A stretch of DNA of 64,000 nucleotides, taken from Spirochaetia bacterium. Its GTDB lineage: Bacteria; Spirochaetota; Spirochaetia; SZUA-6; Bin103. The stretch covers positions 1,280,001-1,344,000 of the forward strand of contig CBDBOV010000004.1 of NCBI GenBank assembly GCA_965208575.1. Direction: 5' to 3'. Shown here in pieces: positions 28,565 through 40,811 of this stretch (positions are counted from its first letter, which is position 1; the number at the start of each line of letters is the position of its first letter). The notes under the pieces were generated by a model. The model did not search any database. It saw only the letters and a program-made list of their open reading frames with translations, and was not told where the DNA came from. A program made the translations under genes and the position numbers.

Positions 28565-30628
28565 GTGTCGGGCACTGGCGTCGCCCTCAATCCCCAACAG
28601 GAGCGGGCGGCAGCCGCCATCGACGGCCCGGTCATGGTGCTTGCCGGCGCCGGCTCCGGCAAGACGCGGGTCATCACCGCACGGCTGGCGCGCATGCTGA
28701 GCGCCGGTATCGATCCGCGCTCCATCGTCGCCCTCACCTTCACCAACAAGGCCGCCGCCGAGATGCGCGAGCGCGCCGGCACTTCCCGGCGCGGCCGGCG
28801 GGCCGCCCCCACGGTAAGCACGTTCCACGCCCTGGGCCTGCAACTGGTGCGCCGCTACAGTGCCGAGCTGGGATTCCGCACCGGTGCCGCCGCGCCGGTC
28901 ACGGTGTACGACCAGCAGGACAGCGCCGCGCTCCTGCGCGAGGTGGCGCGCGACCTGCGCGTCGACGCCGACCTGGCGGAGGCCGACCCGGCCGTGCTGC
29001 AACGCCTGGTGTCCGCCATGCGCATGGGCGGCGCGGGCGTCCCGGACGTGGAGAGCGCAAGCGAGCAGTTGCGCGGACTGGTGTCCGCCTACCGGCGCCG
29101 GCTGCGCCTCTACCACGCGGTCGACTTCGACGACCTGATCCTGCTGCCGCTGGAGCTGCTGCGCGGCGAGTCGGGCAACGACCTCCGGACGCGCTTCAGC
29201 CACGTGATGGTGGACGAGTTCCAGGACACCTCGCGGCGCCAGTATCAGCTCCTGCACGGTCTCGGCGGGGCCTCTCGCAACGTGTGCGTGGTGGGCGACG
29301 ACGACCAGTCGATCTACTCCTGGCGCGGTGCCGAGGCGGCCAACTTCGACCACTTCAGCCGCGATTTCCCGGAACGGCTGGAGATCAAGCTGGAACAGAA
29401 CTACCGCTCCACCGGCTCCATCCTGGCGTTCGCCAACGCGGTCATCGGCGGCAACAGCGGGCGGCGCCCGAAGAAGCTGTGGAGCAGCGGAGGCGCCGGC
29501 GAGCACGTGATGGCCACCTATCCGGACAGCGACGCCGACGAAGCGGAGTGGATCGTGCGCCGGATCCGCAGTCTGGCACTGGCCAGCGGCCTGCGCTACG
29601 CCGACTGCGCCGTGCTGGTACGCGCCAACAACCTTACCCGCGCCGTGGAGGAAGTGCTGCTGCGCGAGGGCATCGCCTACCAGGTGTCGGGCGGCATGAG
29701 CTTCTTCAGCCGGCGCGAGGTGCGCGACCTGATCGCCTACCTGCGCGTGCTGGCCAACCCGGACGACGACGTGAGCATGCGGCGCATCGTCAACACCCCG
29801 CGCCGCGGCCTGGGCGCCGCCGCCCTGGAGCGCATCACCGCCACCGCCGAGGCGCACCGCTGCTCGCTGTACTCGGCCATGGTCCTGATCGGCAGCGGCA
29901 AGGAGGCCGCATCACCTCCGCCCGAGCACGCCCGCCTGCGCGCGCCGGCCGGCGAGTTCGTGGAGTTGCTGGAGCGCTTCGCGGCGCGCGTCCGCGGCGG
30001 CGAACGGAGCCGTACCATGGCGCCGGTGCTCGCCGACCTGGTCGACGAACTGCAGTACCGCAACCACTTGCTGGACGGCGTCCGGCTCGATGCCGCACGC
30101 TGGAAGCTGGCCAACGTCGACGCCGTCATCGACTCGCTGGCATCCTTCGAGCAGCACCCGGACCGCATCACGCCCACCCTGGCCGACTACCTAGCGCGCA
30201 CCGCCCTGGTAAGCCGCGACGACGACTCCCCGGACCGCGGCGGCGATCCGCGCGGGCGCGTGCAGCTCATGACCATCCACGCCGCCAAGGGGCTGGAGTT
30301 CGACACCGTGTTCATCGCCGGCGCCGACGACGGCTCCATCCCGCACGCGCGTTCGCTCGCCGACAGCGAGGCCAACCTCGCCGAGGAGCGGCGCCTGTTC
30401 TACGTCGCCGCCACCCGCGCCCGCCGCCGCCTGTTCATCACCTGCCCGGCGGTGCGCAGGCGGCGCGGCCCCGGCGGCCGTCCCGAGCAGCACCCCGCCG
30501 AGCCGTCCCGCTTCCTGGCCGAGATACCGCCCCACCTGGTCGACGGCGCCCCGGACGAACAGGAGCTGGCCCCCGAGCAGGCCTCCGCGCTGTTCGCCGA
30601 CCTCAAGCGCCGCCTCGCCTCGCGCTAG
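28565..30628 (+). CDS. UvrD/Rep/PcrA-family SF1 helicase
   Basis: LAGAGSGKT, TFTNKAA, VDEFQDT, VGDDDQSIY, LEQNYRS, MTIHAAKGLEF, EERRLFYVA. Confidence 0.95.
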   Translation: MSGTGVALNPQQERAAAAIDGPVMVLAGAGSGKTRVITARLARMLSAGIDPRSIVALTFTNKAAAEMRERAGTSRRGRRAAPTVSTFHALGLQLVRRYSAELGFRTGAAAPVTVYDQQDSAALLREVARDLRVDADLAEADPAVLQRLVSAMRMGGAGVPDVESASEQLRGLVSAYRRRLRLYHAVDFDDLILLPLELLRGESGNDLRTRFSHVMVDEFQDTSRRQYQLLHGLGGASRNVCVVGDDDQSIYSWRGAEAANFDHFSRDFPERLEIKLEQNYRSTGSILAFANAVIGGNSGRRPKKLWSSGGAGEHVMATYPDSDADEAEWIVRRIRSLALASGLRYADCAVLVRANNLTRAVEEVLLREGIAYQVSGGMSFFSRREVRDLIAYLRVLANPDDDVSMRRIVNTPRRGLGAAALERITATAEAHRCSLYSAMVLIGSGKEAASPPPEHARLRAPAGEFVELLERFAARVRGGERSRTMAPVLADLVDELQYRNHLLDGVRLDAARWKLANVDAVIDSLASFEQHPDRITPTLADYLARTALVSRDDDSPDRGGDPRGRVQLMTIHAAKGLEFDTVFIAGADDGSIPHARSLADSEANLAEERRLFYVAATRARRRLFITCPAVRRRRGPGGRPEQHPAEPSRFLAEIPPHLVDGAPDEQELAPEQASALFADLKRRLASR

Positions 30629-30679
30629 GAACGGAGGGGCATTTGCGCACGGGCGACGGGGCCGAACGGGCAGTCGCAT

Positions 30680-30708
30680 TTGACATGGCGCGGCGGTTTT
30701 CTTAGGTT
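30680..30708 (+). promoter_or_regulatory. Sigma70-type promoter of ppdK
   Basis: TTGACA-17 nt-TAGGTT. Confidence 0.7.
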
Positions 30709-30794
30709 GCGTGCGACGGGACAGGCCGGAAACGGCCGTACTTCCTCACCTCCCGGAAACCGCAACCCGATCTGATCAGAACGAGGTAAATCCC

Positions 30795-33467
<2,673 letters not shown>

Positions 33468-33688
33468 CGGCGCGCCGGTAAGCGCCGCCGGCGTCATCGA
33501 CCGGCAGGCCCTTCGGCCTCGATGACCTGGCGATTCACCCGCCCAGCGGGTCGCACCCGGCCGGCGTGCGCACCGCCGTTGCCGTTGGCAGAGGCTGCCG
33601 GGGCATGTGCCGCCTCCACTCCCAGCTCCTGGTAACGGCACATTCGGGTCTACTGGAATGATCGGTCGAAGCATGGTATCCTGGCGCC

Positions 33689-34693
33689 ATGGCTGAGTAC
33701 CGCGCCGCCGCCGTGCCGCGCCCGGTCAGGCGCGCGACGCCGCCCTTGGAGTTTCCCGGCTGCCGGGCGGTGCGCATTGCGCGCGCCGACATCGAGCGCT
33801 GCGAACGCCGCATCGAGTACTGGGACGCCGCCACCGAGACCGCCATGATTTGCGATCCGGTCAGCGTCTACCACGAACACCCGGGCCAGCGCCTGCGCGA
33901 GCTCGCCACCCGCATCGCCCAGGTGCGCGGCTCGCCGATCGAGACGTTCGGCGCGGCCGACCTCCTGCTGCGCGATGCCGACGGCGCCTGGCGGCGCATC
34001 CTGGAGGCGGACCAGACCGTCTACCTGCACCCGCGCACCACGCGGCCACAAGGCGCCCGGATCGAAGTGGGCACCGACGCGCTGCCGGACGTGGTGCTGG
34101 AGGTGGACAACACCACCGACGTGCGCCGCGGCAAGCTGTCGCTGTACGAGTCGTGGGGCTTCCCGGAGGTGTGGGTGGAGGTGCCCGAGCAGTCCTCGCC
34201 GAGCCGCCCGGCGGCGCTGCGCCCCGGCCTGACGATCTACCTGCTCGAGGAAGGCCGCTTTCGCACCGCGCCCGCCAGCCGCGCCTTTGCGGGCTGGACG
34301 GCGGCGGAGATCCACCAAGCGCTGAACGAGCCGGAGCTGTCGGACGCCTCCATGGCCGTGTTGCGCAGCATCGGACGAACACTGGGCGCGGCGCTGGGAA
34401 CCGGTCCGGACGACGACCCGCTGCTGCGCACCGAGCGCCGGGAGAGTCGCGCCGAGGGCCTTGTCGCAGGCCGGACAGCGGGACACGCGGAAGGCCGGAC
34501 CGCGGCGCGCGCGGCGACGCAACGGGAGGCCGTCCTGCAGGTGTTGCAGTCGCGCGGCCTGCCGGTGTCCGCGGCGTTCCCCCGCCACCTGGCGCAATTG
34601 CAGGGCGTCTCCACCGCGGCATTGGTTCAGGCCGCGCTGGACTGCCGCGACGAGGACGACTTCCTGCGGCGGACTCGCACCAAACAACACTGA
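33689..34693 (+). CDS. Uma2-like (DUF820) PD-(D/E)XK nuclease, copy 1
   Basis: HE..., EADQTVY, PDVVLEVD, GKLxLYESWGFPEVWV; EG-type repeats and a helical C-terminal tail. Confidence 0.85.
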   Translation: MAEYRAAAVPRPVRRATPPLEFPGCRAVRIARADIERCERRIEYWDAATETAMICDPVSVYHEHPGQRLRELATRIAQVRGSPIETFGAADLLLRDADGAWRRILEADQTVYLHPRTTRPQGARIEVGTDALPDVVLEVDNTTDVRRGKLSLYESWGFPEVWVEVPEQSSPSRPAALRPGLTIYLLEEGRFRTAPASRAFAGWTAAEIHQALNEPELSDASMAVLRSIGRTLGAALGTGPDDDPLLRTERRESRAEGLVAGRTAGHAEGRTAARAATQREAVLQVLQSRGLPVSAAFPRHLAQLQGVSTAALVQAALDCRDEDDFLRRTRTKQH

Positions 34694-34957
34694 AGCGCCC
34701 GACGTTCAAGTGACCCGCTCGCGGCAGGCGCTGCGCTGAGTTCTCAGCACCGGCCCGCAGTCGAGCATCGTGGCAGAAGATGCCGCCACCCGAACGGCGG
34801 TACTGGACCGGCTGCCGCCGTTGCAGCGAGGCACGGCGCCACTCAACTTGCAACTGGGGAAGCACGAAGCGACGGCGACGACGCGGTAGCCCAGATCCCT
34901 TGTACCGCATAATCGGGTCTACTGGAATGATCGGTCGAACCGTGGTATCCTCGTGCC

Positions 34958-35938
34958 TTGGCTGAGTACCGTGCCGCCGCCGTGCCGCGCCCGGTCAGGC
35001 GCGCGACGCCGCGGTTGGAGTTTCCCGGCTGCCGGCCGGTGCGCATTACGCGCGCCGACATCGCCGACTACGAGCGCCGCATCGAGTACTGGGACGCCGC
35101 CACCGAGACCGCCATGGTGTGCGATCCGGTCAGCGTCTACCACGAACAACCGGGGCAAGCGTTGGCGCGGCTGCTCCAGACCATCGCCCACTTACGCGGC
35201 GCGCCCATTGCCACCTTCGGCGCCGCCGACCTCCTGCTGCGCGATGCCGACGGCGCCTGGCGGCGCATCCTGGAGGCGGACCAGACCGTCTACCTGCACC
35301 CGCGCACCACGCGGCCCCCGGGTGCCCGGATCGAAGTGGGCACCGACACGCTGCCGGACGTGGTACTGGAGGTGGACAACACCACCGACGTGCGCCGCGG
35401 CAAGCTGGCGCTGTACGAGTCGTGGGGCTTCCCGGAGGTGTGGGTGGAGGTGCCCGAGCAGTCCTCCCCGAGCCGCCCGGCGGGCCTGCGCCCCGGCCTG
35501 ACGATCTACCTGCTCGAGGAAGGCCGCTTTCGCACCGCGCCCGCCAGCCGCGCCTTTGCGGGCTGGACGGCGGCGGAGATCCACCAAGCGCTGAACGAGC
35601 CGGAGCTGTCGGACGCCACCATGGCCGTACTGCGCAGGATCGGACGAACGCTGGGTGCGGCGCTGGGAACCGGCCCGGACGACGACCCGCTGCTGCGCAC
35701 CGAGCGCCGGGAGAGTCGCGCCGAGGGCCATACAGCAGGCCGGACCGAGGCGCGCGCGGCGACACAGCGGGATGCCGTCCTGCAGGTGTTGCAGTCGCGC
35801 GGCCTGCCGGTGTCCGCGGCGTTCCCCCGCCACCTGGCGCGCTTGCAGGGCGTCTCCACCGCGGCGTTGGTAGAGGCCGCGCTGCACTGCCGCGACCAGG
35901 ACGACTTCCTGCGGCGGACTCGCCCGAAACAACACTGA
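34958..35938 (+). CDS. Uma2-like nuclease, copy 2 (TTG start)
   Basis: Paralogue of copy 1. Confidence 0.85.
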   Translation: MAEYRAAAVPRPVRRATPRLEFPGCRPVRITRADIADYERRIEYWDAATETAMVCDPVSVYHEQPGQALARLLQTIAHLRGAPIATFGAADLLLRDADGAWRRILEADQTVYLHPRTTRPPGARIEVGTDTLPDVVLEVDNTTDVRRGKLALYESWGFPEVWVEVPEQSSPSRPAGLRPGLTIYLLEEGRFRTAPASRAFAGWTAAEIHQALNEPELSDATMAVLRRIGRTLGAALGTGPDDDPLLRTERRESRAEGHTAGRTEARAATQRDAVLQVLQSRGLPVSAAFPRHLARLQGVSTAALVEAALHCRDQDDFLRRTRPKQH

Positions 35939-36014
35939 AGCGTCGGGCGTTCACGTGGCCCGCTCGCGGCAGGCGCTGAGTTCTCAGCATCGGCCGGTCA
36001 CCCAGCGCCGTGAC

Positions 36015-36254
36015 TCAGTAGCGGTACGTGGTCTTGAAATTCGCGGCGTGTTCGGGCAGGGAGTGCGCGCGCTCGCGCCGTTCTCCAGACAACTCGACGT
36101 CCAGGGCGGCTGACGACGCCCTGAAACGGGTGCCGAGCCGCACGTGGCTCGCGCCGTCGGCGAGCCCTGCCTCGGTGAAAGGCGTGAACACCCCCCACGG
36201 CGAGGCGAAACCATAGCCGATGCTCGCTTCGAGCGAACCGGTCTCGGCGCCCAT
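36015..36254 (-). pseudogene. C-terminal fragment resembling an autotransporter-type outer-membrane beta-barrel
   Basis: LEASIGYGF...VFTPFTEAGL...VRLGTRF...LDVELSGERRE...PEHAANFKTTYRY*: amphipathic strands and a terminal aromatic residue, with no N-terminal part. Confidence 0.55.
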
Positions 36255-36400
36255 GCTTGCCGTAACAGCGAGTTGCCGCGCCACTCCGCTGGCAACTGGG
36301 GGAAGCACGAAGCGACGGCGACGACCCGGTAACCCAGCTCCCGCGTACCGCATACTCGGGCCTGCTGGAATGATCGGTCGAGACATGGTATCCTCGTGCC

Positions 36401-37357
36401 ATGGCTGAGTACTGCGCCGCCGCCGTGCCGCGCCCGGTCAGGCGCGCGACGCCGCCCTTGGAGTTTCCCGGCTGCCGGGCGGTGCGTATTTCGCGCGACG
36501 ACCTCGAACGCTGCGAGCGCCGTATCGAGTACTGGGACGCCGCCACCGAGACCGCCATGATTTGCGATCCGGTCAGCGTCTACCACGAACACCCGGGCCA
36601 GCGCCTGCGCGAGCTGGCCACCCGCATCGCCCTGGTGCGCGGCTCGCCGATCGAGACGTTCGGCGCCGCCGACCTCCTGCTGCGCGATGCCGACGGCGCC
36701 TGGCTGCGCATCCTGGAGGCGGACCAGACCGTCTACCTGCACCCACGCACCACGCGGCCACCGGGCGCCAGGATCGAGGTGGGCAGCGACACGCTGCCCG
36801 ACGTGGTGCTGGAGGTGGACAACACCACCGACGTGCGCCGCGGCAAGCTGGCGCTGTACGAGTCGTGGGGCTTCCCGGAGGTGTGGGTCGAGGTGCCCGA
36901 GCAGTCCTCCCCAAGCCGCCCGGCGGGCCTGCGCCCCGGCTTGACGATCCACCTGCGGGAGGGCGGCGCTTTTCGCACCGCCGCGCACAGCCGGGCCTTC
37001 GCGGGCTGGACGGCGCCGGAAATCCACCGCGCGCTGAACGAGCCGGAGTTGTCGCACGCCACCCTGGCCGCGCTCCGGCGCGTGGGGCGCGCGCTCGGCG
37101 CGGCCGCGGGCACCGGGCCGGACGACGACCCGCAGATGCGCACCGAGCGCCGGGAAAGCCGCGCCGCGGGCCGGGTGGAGACACAGCGGGAGGCCGTGCT
37201 GCAGGTGCTGCAGTCGCGCGGCCTGCCGGTGTCCGCCGCGTTCCCGCGGCGCCTGGCGGAGTTGCAGCCCGTGTCCACCGCCGCACTGGTTCGGGCGGCT
37301 CTGGAGTGCCGCGACGAGGACGACTTCCTGCGGCGCACTGGCACGAAACAACACTGA
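36401..37357 (+). CDS. Uma2-like nuclease, copy 3
   Basis: Paralogue with a divergent 3' half. Confidence 0.85.
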   Translation: MAEYCAAAVPRPVRRATPPLEFPGCRAVRISRDDLERCERRIEYWDAATETAMICDPVSVYHEHPGQRLRELATRIALVRGSPIETFGAADLLLRDADGAWLRILEADQTVYLHPRTTRPPGARIEVGSDTLPDVVLEVDNTTDVRRGKLALYESWGFPEVWVEVPEQSSPSRPAGLRPGLTIHLREGGAFRTAAHSRAFAGWTAPEIHRALNEPELSHATLAALRRVGRALGAAAGTGPDDDPQMRTERRESRAAGRVETQREAVLQVLQSRGLPVSAAFPRRLAELQPVSTAALVRAALECRDEDDFLRRTGTKQH

Positions 37358-37416
37358 AGCGCCGGCGCACTCGATTCTACTGGAATGATCGGTCGAAGCT
37401 ATGGTACCCTCGTGCC

Positions 37417-38385
37417 GTGGCTGAGTACCGTGCCGCCGCCGTGCCGCGCCCGGTCAAGCGCGCGACGCCGCGGTTGGAGTTTCCCGGCTGCCGGCCGGTG
37501 CACATTGCGCGCGCCGACATTGAGCGCTGTGAGCGCCGCATCGAGTACTGGGACGCCGCCACCGAAACCGCGATGATTTGCGATCCGGTCAGCGTCTACC
37601 ACGAACATGCTGGGCAACGCCTACGCGAGTTGCTGACGCTGATTGCGCAGGTGCGAGGTTCGCCGATTGCTACTTTCGGCGCCGCCGACCTCTTGCTGCG
37701 CGATGCCGACGGCGCCTGGCGGCGCATCCTGGAGGCCGACCAGACCGTCTACCTGCACCCGCGCACCACGCGGCCACAAGGCGCCCGGATCGAAGTGGGC
37801 GCCGACACGCTGCCCGACGTGGTGCTGGAGGTGGACAACACCACCGACGTGCGCCGCGGCAAGCTGGCGCTGTACGAGTCGTGGGGCTTCCCGGAGGTGT
37901 GGGTGGAGGTGCCCGAGCGGTCCTCCCCGAGCCGCCCGGCGGGCCTGCGCCCCGGCCTGACGATCTACCTGCTCGAGGAAGGCCGCTTTCGCACCGCGCC
38001 CGCCAGCCGCGCCTTTGCGGGCTGGACGGCGGCGGAGATCCACCAAGCGCTGAACGAGCCGGAGCTGTCGGACGCCTCCATGGCCGTGTTGCGCAGGATC
38101 GGACGAGCGCTCGGTGCGCCCCTCGGCACCGGGCCGGACGACGACCCGCTGCTGCGCACCGAGCGCCGGGAAAGTCGCGCCGAAGGCCGGACCGAGGCGC
38201 GCGTGGAGACACAGCGGGAGGCCGTGCTGCAGGTGTTGCAGTCGCGCGGCCTGCCGGTCTCGGCGGCGCTTCCCCGCCACCTGGCGCAATTGCAGGGCGT
38301 CCCCACCGCCACGCTGGTAGAGGCCGCGCTGCGCTGCCGCGACGAGGACGACTTCCTCCGCCGGACTCGCACGAAACAACGCTGA
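37417..38385 (+). CDS. Uma2-like nuclease, copy 4 (GTG start)
   Basis: Paralogue; start set by homology. Confidence 0.85.
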   Translation: MAEYRAAAVPRPVKRATPRLEFPGCRPVHIARADIERCERRIEYWDAATETAMICDPVSVYHEHAGQRLRELLTLIAQVRGSPIATFGAADLLLRDADGAWRRILEADQTVYLHPRTTRPQGARIEVGADTLPDVVLEVDNTTDVRRGKLALYESWGFPEVWVEVPERSSPSRPAGLRPGLTIYLLEEGRFRTAPASRAFAGWTAAEIHQALNEPELSDASMAVLRRIGRALGAPLGTGPDDDPLLRTERRESRAEGRTEARVETQREAVLQVLQSRGLPVSAALPRHLAQLQGVPTATLVEAALRCRDEDDFLRRTRTKQR

Positions 38386-38540
38386 ACCGCCCGTATTCAA
38401 GCGGCCCGGCTCACGGCAGGCGCTGCGCTGCCATTGCCGATCCGCGTATTCGCGAACCCGTCGGTGAACGAGGAATGGGCTTGGGTGAGCCTATTCGGAC
38501 CTACTGGAATGATCGGTCGAGCCCGTTGTATCCTCGTGCC

Positions 38541-39521
38541 ATGGCTGAGTACCGCACTGCCGCCGTGCCGCGCCCGGTCAGGCGCGCGACGCCGCCCTTG
38601 GAGTTTCCCGGCTGCCGGCCGGTACCCATGTCGCGCAACGAGATCGAACACTGCGAGCGCCGTATCGAGTACTGGGACGCCACCACCGAGACCGCCATGA
38701 TTTGCGATCCGGTCAGCGTCTACCACGAACACGCTGGGCAACGCCTACGCGAGTTGCTGACGCTGATTGCGCAGGTGCGAGGATCGCCGATTGCTACTTT
38801 CGGCGCCGCCGACCTCTTGTTGCGCGATGCCGACGGCGCCTGGCGACGTATCCTGGAGGCCGACCAGACCGTCTACCTGCACCCGCGCACCACGCGGCCA
38901 CAAGGCGCCCGGATCGAAGTGGGCAGCGACACGCTGCCCGACGTGGTGCTGGAAGTGGACAACACCACCGACGTGCGCCGCGGCAAGCTGTCGCTGTACG
39001 AGTCGTGGGGCTTCCCGGAGGTGTGGGTCGAGGTGCCCGAGCAGTCCTCCCCGAGCCGCCCGGCGGGCCTGCGCCCCGGCTTGACGATCCACCTGCTGGA
39101 GGAGGGCGGCTTTCGCACCGCGCCCGCCAGCCGCGCCTTTCCGGGCTGGACGGCGGCTGAGATCCACCAAGCGCTGAACGAGCCGGAGCTGTCGGACGCC
39201 ACCATGGCCGTGTTGCGCGGCATCGGACGAACGCTTGGTGCAGCGCTGGGAACCGGCCCGGACGACGACCCGCTGCTGCGCTCCGAGCGCCGGGAAAGTC
39301 GTGCCGAGGGCCATGCAGCAGGCCGGACCGAGGCGCGCGCGGCGACACAGCGGGATGCCGTGCTGCAGGTGTTGCAGTCGCGCGGCCTGCCGGTGTCCGC
39401 GGCGCTTCCCCGCCACCTGGTGCAGTTGCAGGGCGTCTCCACCGCCACGCTGGTAGAGGCCGCGCTGCACTGCCGCGACGAGGACGACTTCCGCCGCCGG
39501 ACTCGCGGGAAGCAACGCTAA
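38541..39521 (+). CDS. Uma2-like nuclease, copy 5
   Basis: Paralogue; start set by homology. Confidence 0.85.
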   Translation: MAEYRTAAVPRPVRRATPPLEFPGCRPVPMSRNEIEHCERRIEYWDATTETAMICDPVSVYHEHAGQRLRELLTLIAQVRGSPIATFGAADLLLRDADGAWRRILEADQTVYLHPRTTRPQGARIEVGSDTLPDVVLEVDNTTDVRRGKLSLYESWGFPEVWVEVPEQSSPSRPAGLRPGLTIHLLEEGGFRTAPASRAFPGWTAAEIHQALNEPELSDATMAVLRGIGRTLGAALGTGPDDDPLLRSERRESRAEGHAAGRTEARAATQRDAVLQVLQSRGLPVSAALPRHLVQLQGVSTATLVEAALHCRDEDDFRRRTRGKQR

Positions 39522-39854
39522 ACCGCCGGTATTCAAGTGGCCCGGCTCACGGCAGGCGCTGCGCTGCCACTGCCGATCCGCGTATTCGCGAACCCGGGAA
39601 AGCAGGTACCTGCGCTTCCATCTCCACCGCGCGGTCCTGCACAATGGCATCCACCGTCCCGGATCGATAGATGCGCTCGGCAAGCAGACGATCATAGGCG
39701 CGGCTAAAGCCGCGGCAACCTGTCCTCGGACCCGGCACGCGCACATCCTGATCTATCCTGACAAGTCGGACACGTCGGTGAACGAGGAATGGGCTTGGGT
39801 GGGCCTATTCGAGCCTACTGGAATGATCGGTCGAAGCTATGGTATCCTCGTGCC

Positions 39855-40811
39855 ATGGCTGAGTACCGCGCCGCCGCCGTCCCGCGCCCGGTCAAACGCG
39901 AGATGCCGCCCTTGGAGTTTCCCGGCTGCCGGGCGGTGCGCATTGCGCGCGCCGACCTTGAACGCTGCGAGCGCCGCATCGAGTACTGGGACGCCGCCAC
40001 CGAGACCGCCATGGTGTGCGATCCGGTCAGCGTCTACCACGAACAACCGGGCCAGGTGTTGGCGAGGCTGCTCGGGACCATCGCGCACGTGCGCGGCGCG
40101 CCCATTGCCACCTTCGGCGCGGCCGACCTCCTGCTGCGCGATGCCGACGGCTCTTGGCGGCGCATCCTGGAGGCGGACCAGACCGTCTACCTGCACCCGC
40201 GCACCACGCGGCCACAAGGCGCCCGGATCGAAGTGGGCACCGACACGCTGCCGGACGTGGTGCTGGAAGTGGACAACACCACCGACGTGCGCCGCGGCAA
40301 GCTGGCGCTGTACGAGTCGTGGGGCTTCCCGGAGGTGTGGGTCGAGGTGCCCGAGCAGTCCTCCCCGAGCCGCCCGGCGGGCCTGCGCCCCGGCTTGACG
40401 ATCTACCTGCTGGAGCAAGGGAGCTTTCGCACCGCGCCGGACAGCCGCGCCTTTGCGGGCTGGACGGCGGCGGAGATCCACCAAGCGCTGAACGAGCCCG
40501 AGCTGTCGGCAGCCACCATGGCCGTGTTGCGCAGGATCGGACGAGCGCTGGGGGCGGCGCTGGGAACCGGGCCGGACGACGACCCACTGCTGCGCTCCGA
40601 GCGCCGGGAGAGTCGGATCGCAGGCCGCGTGGAAACACAGCGGGAGGCCGTGCTGCAGGTGTTGAAGTTGCGCGGCCTGCCGGTCTCGGCTGCGCTTTCC
40701 CGCCACTTGGCGCAGTTGCAAGGCGTCTCTACCGCGGCGTTGGTGGAGGCCGCGCTGCACTACCGCGACGAGGCCGACTTCCTGCGGCGCACTCGCAGCA
40801 AACAACGCTGA
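39855..40811 (+). CDS. Uma2-like nuclease, copy 6
   Basis: Paralogue; start set by homology. Confidence 0.85.
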   Translation: MAEYRAAAVPRPVKREMPPLEFPGCRAVRIARADLERCERRIEYWDAATETAMVCDPVSVYHEQPGQVLARLLGTIAHVRGAPIATFGAADLLLRDADGSWRRILEADQTVYLHPRTTRPQGARIEVGTDTLPDVVLEVDNTTDVRRGKLALYESWGFPEVWVEVPEQSSPSRPAGLRPGLTIYLLEQGSFRTAPDSRAFAGWTAAEIHQALNEPELSAATMAVLRRIGRALGAALGTGPDDDPLLRSERRESRIAGRVETQREAVLQVLKLRGLPVSAALSRHLAQLQGVSTAALVEAALHYRDEADFLRRTRSKQR

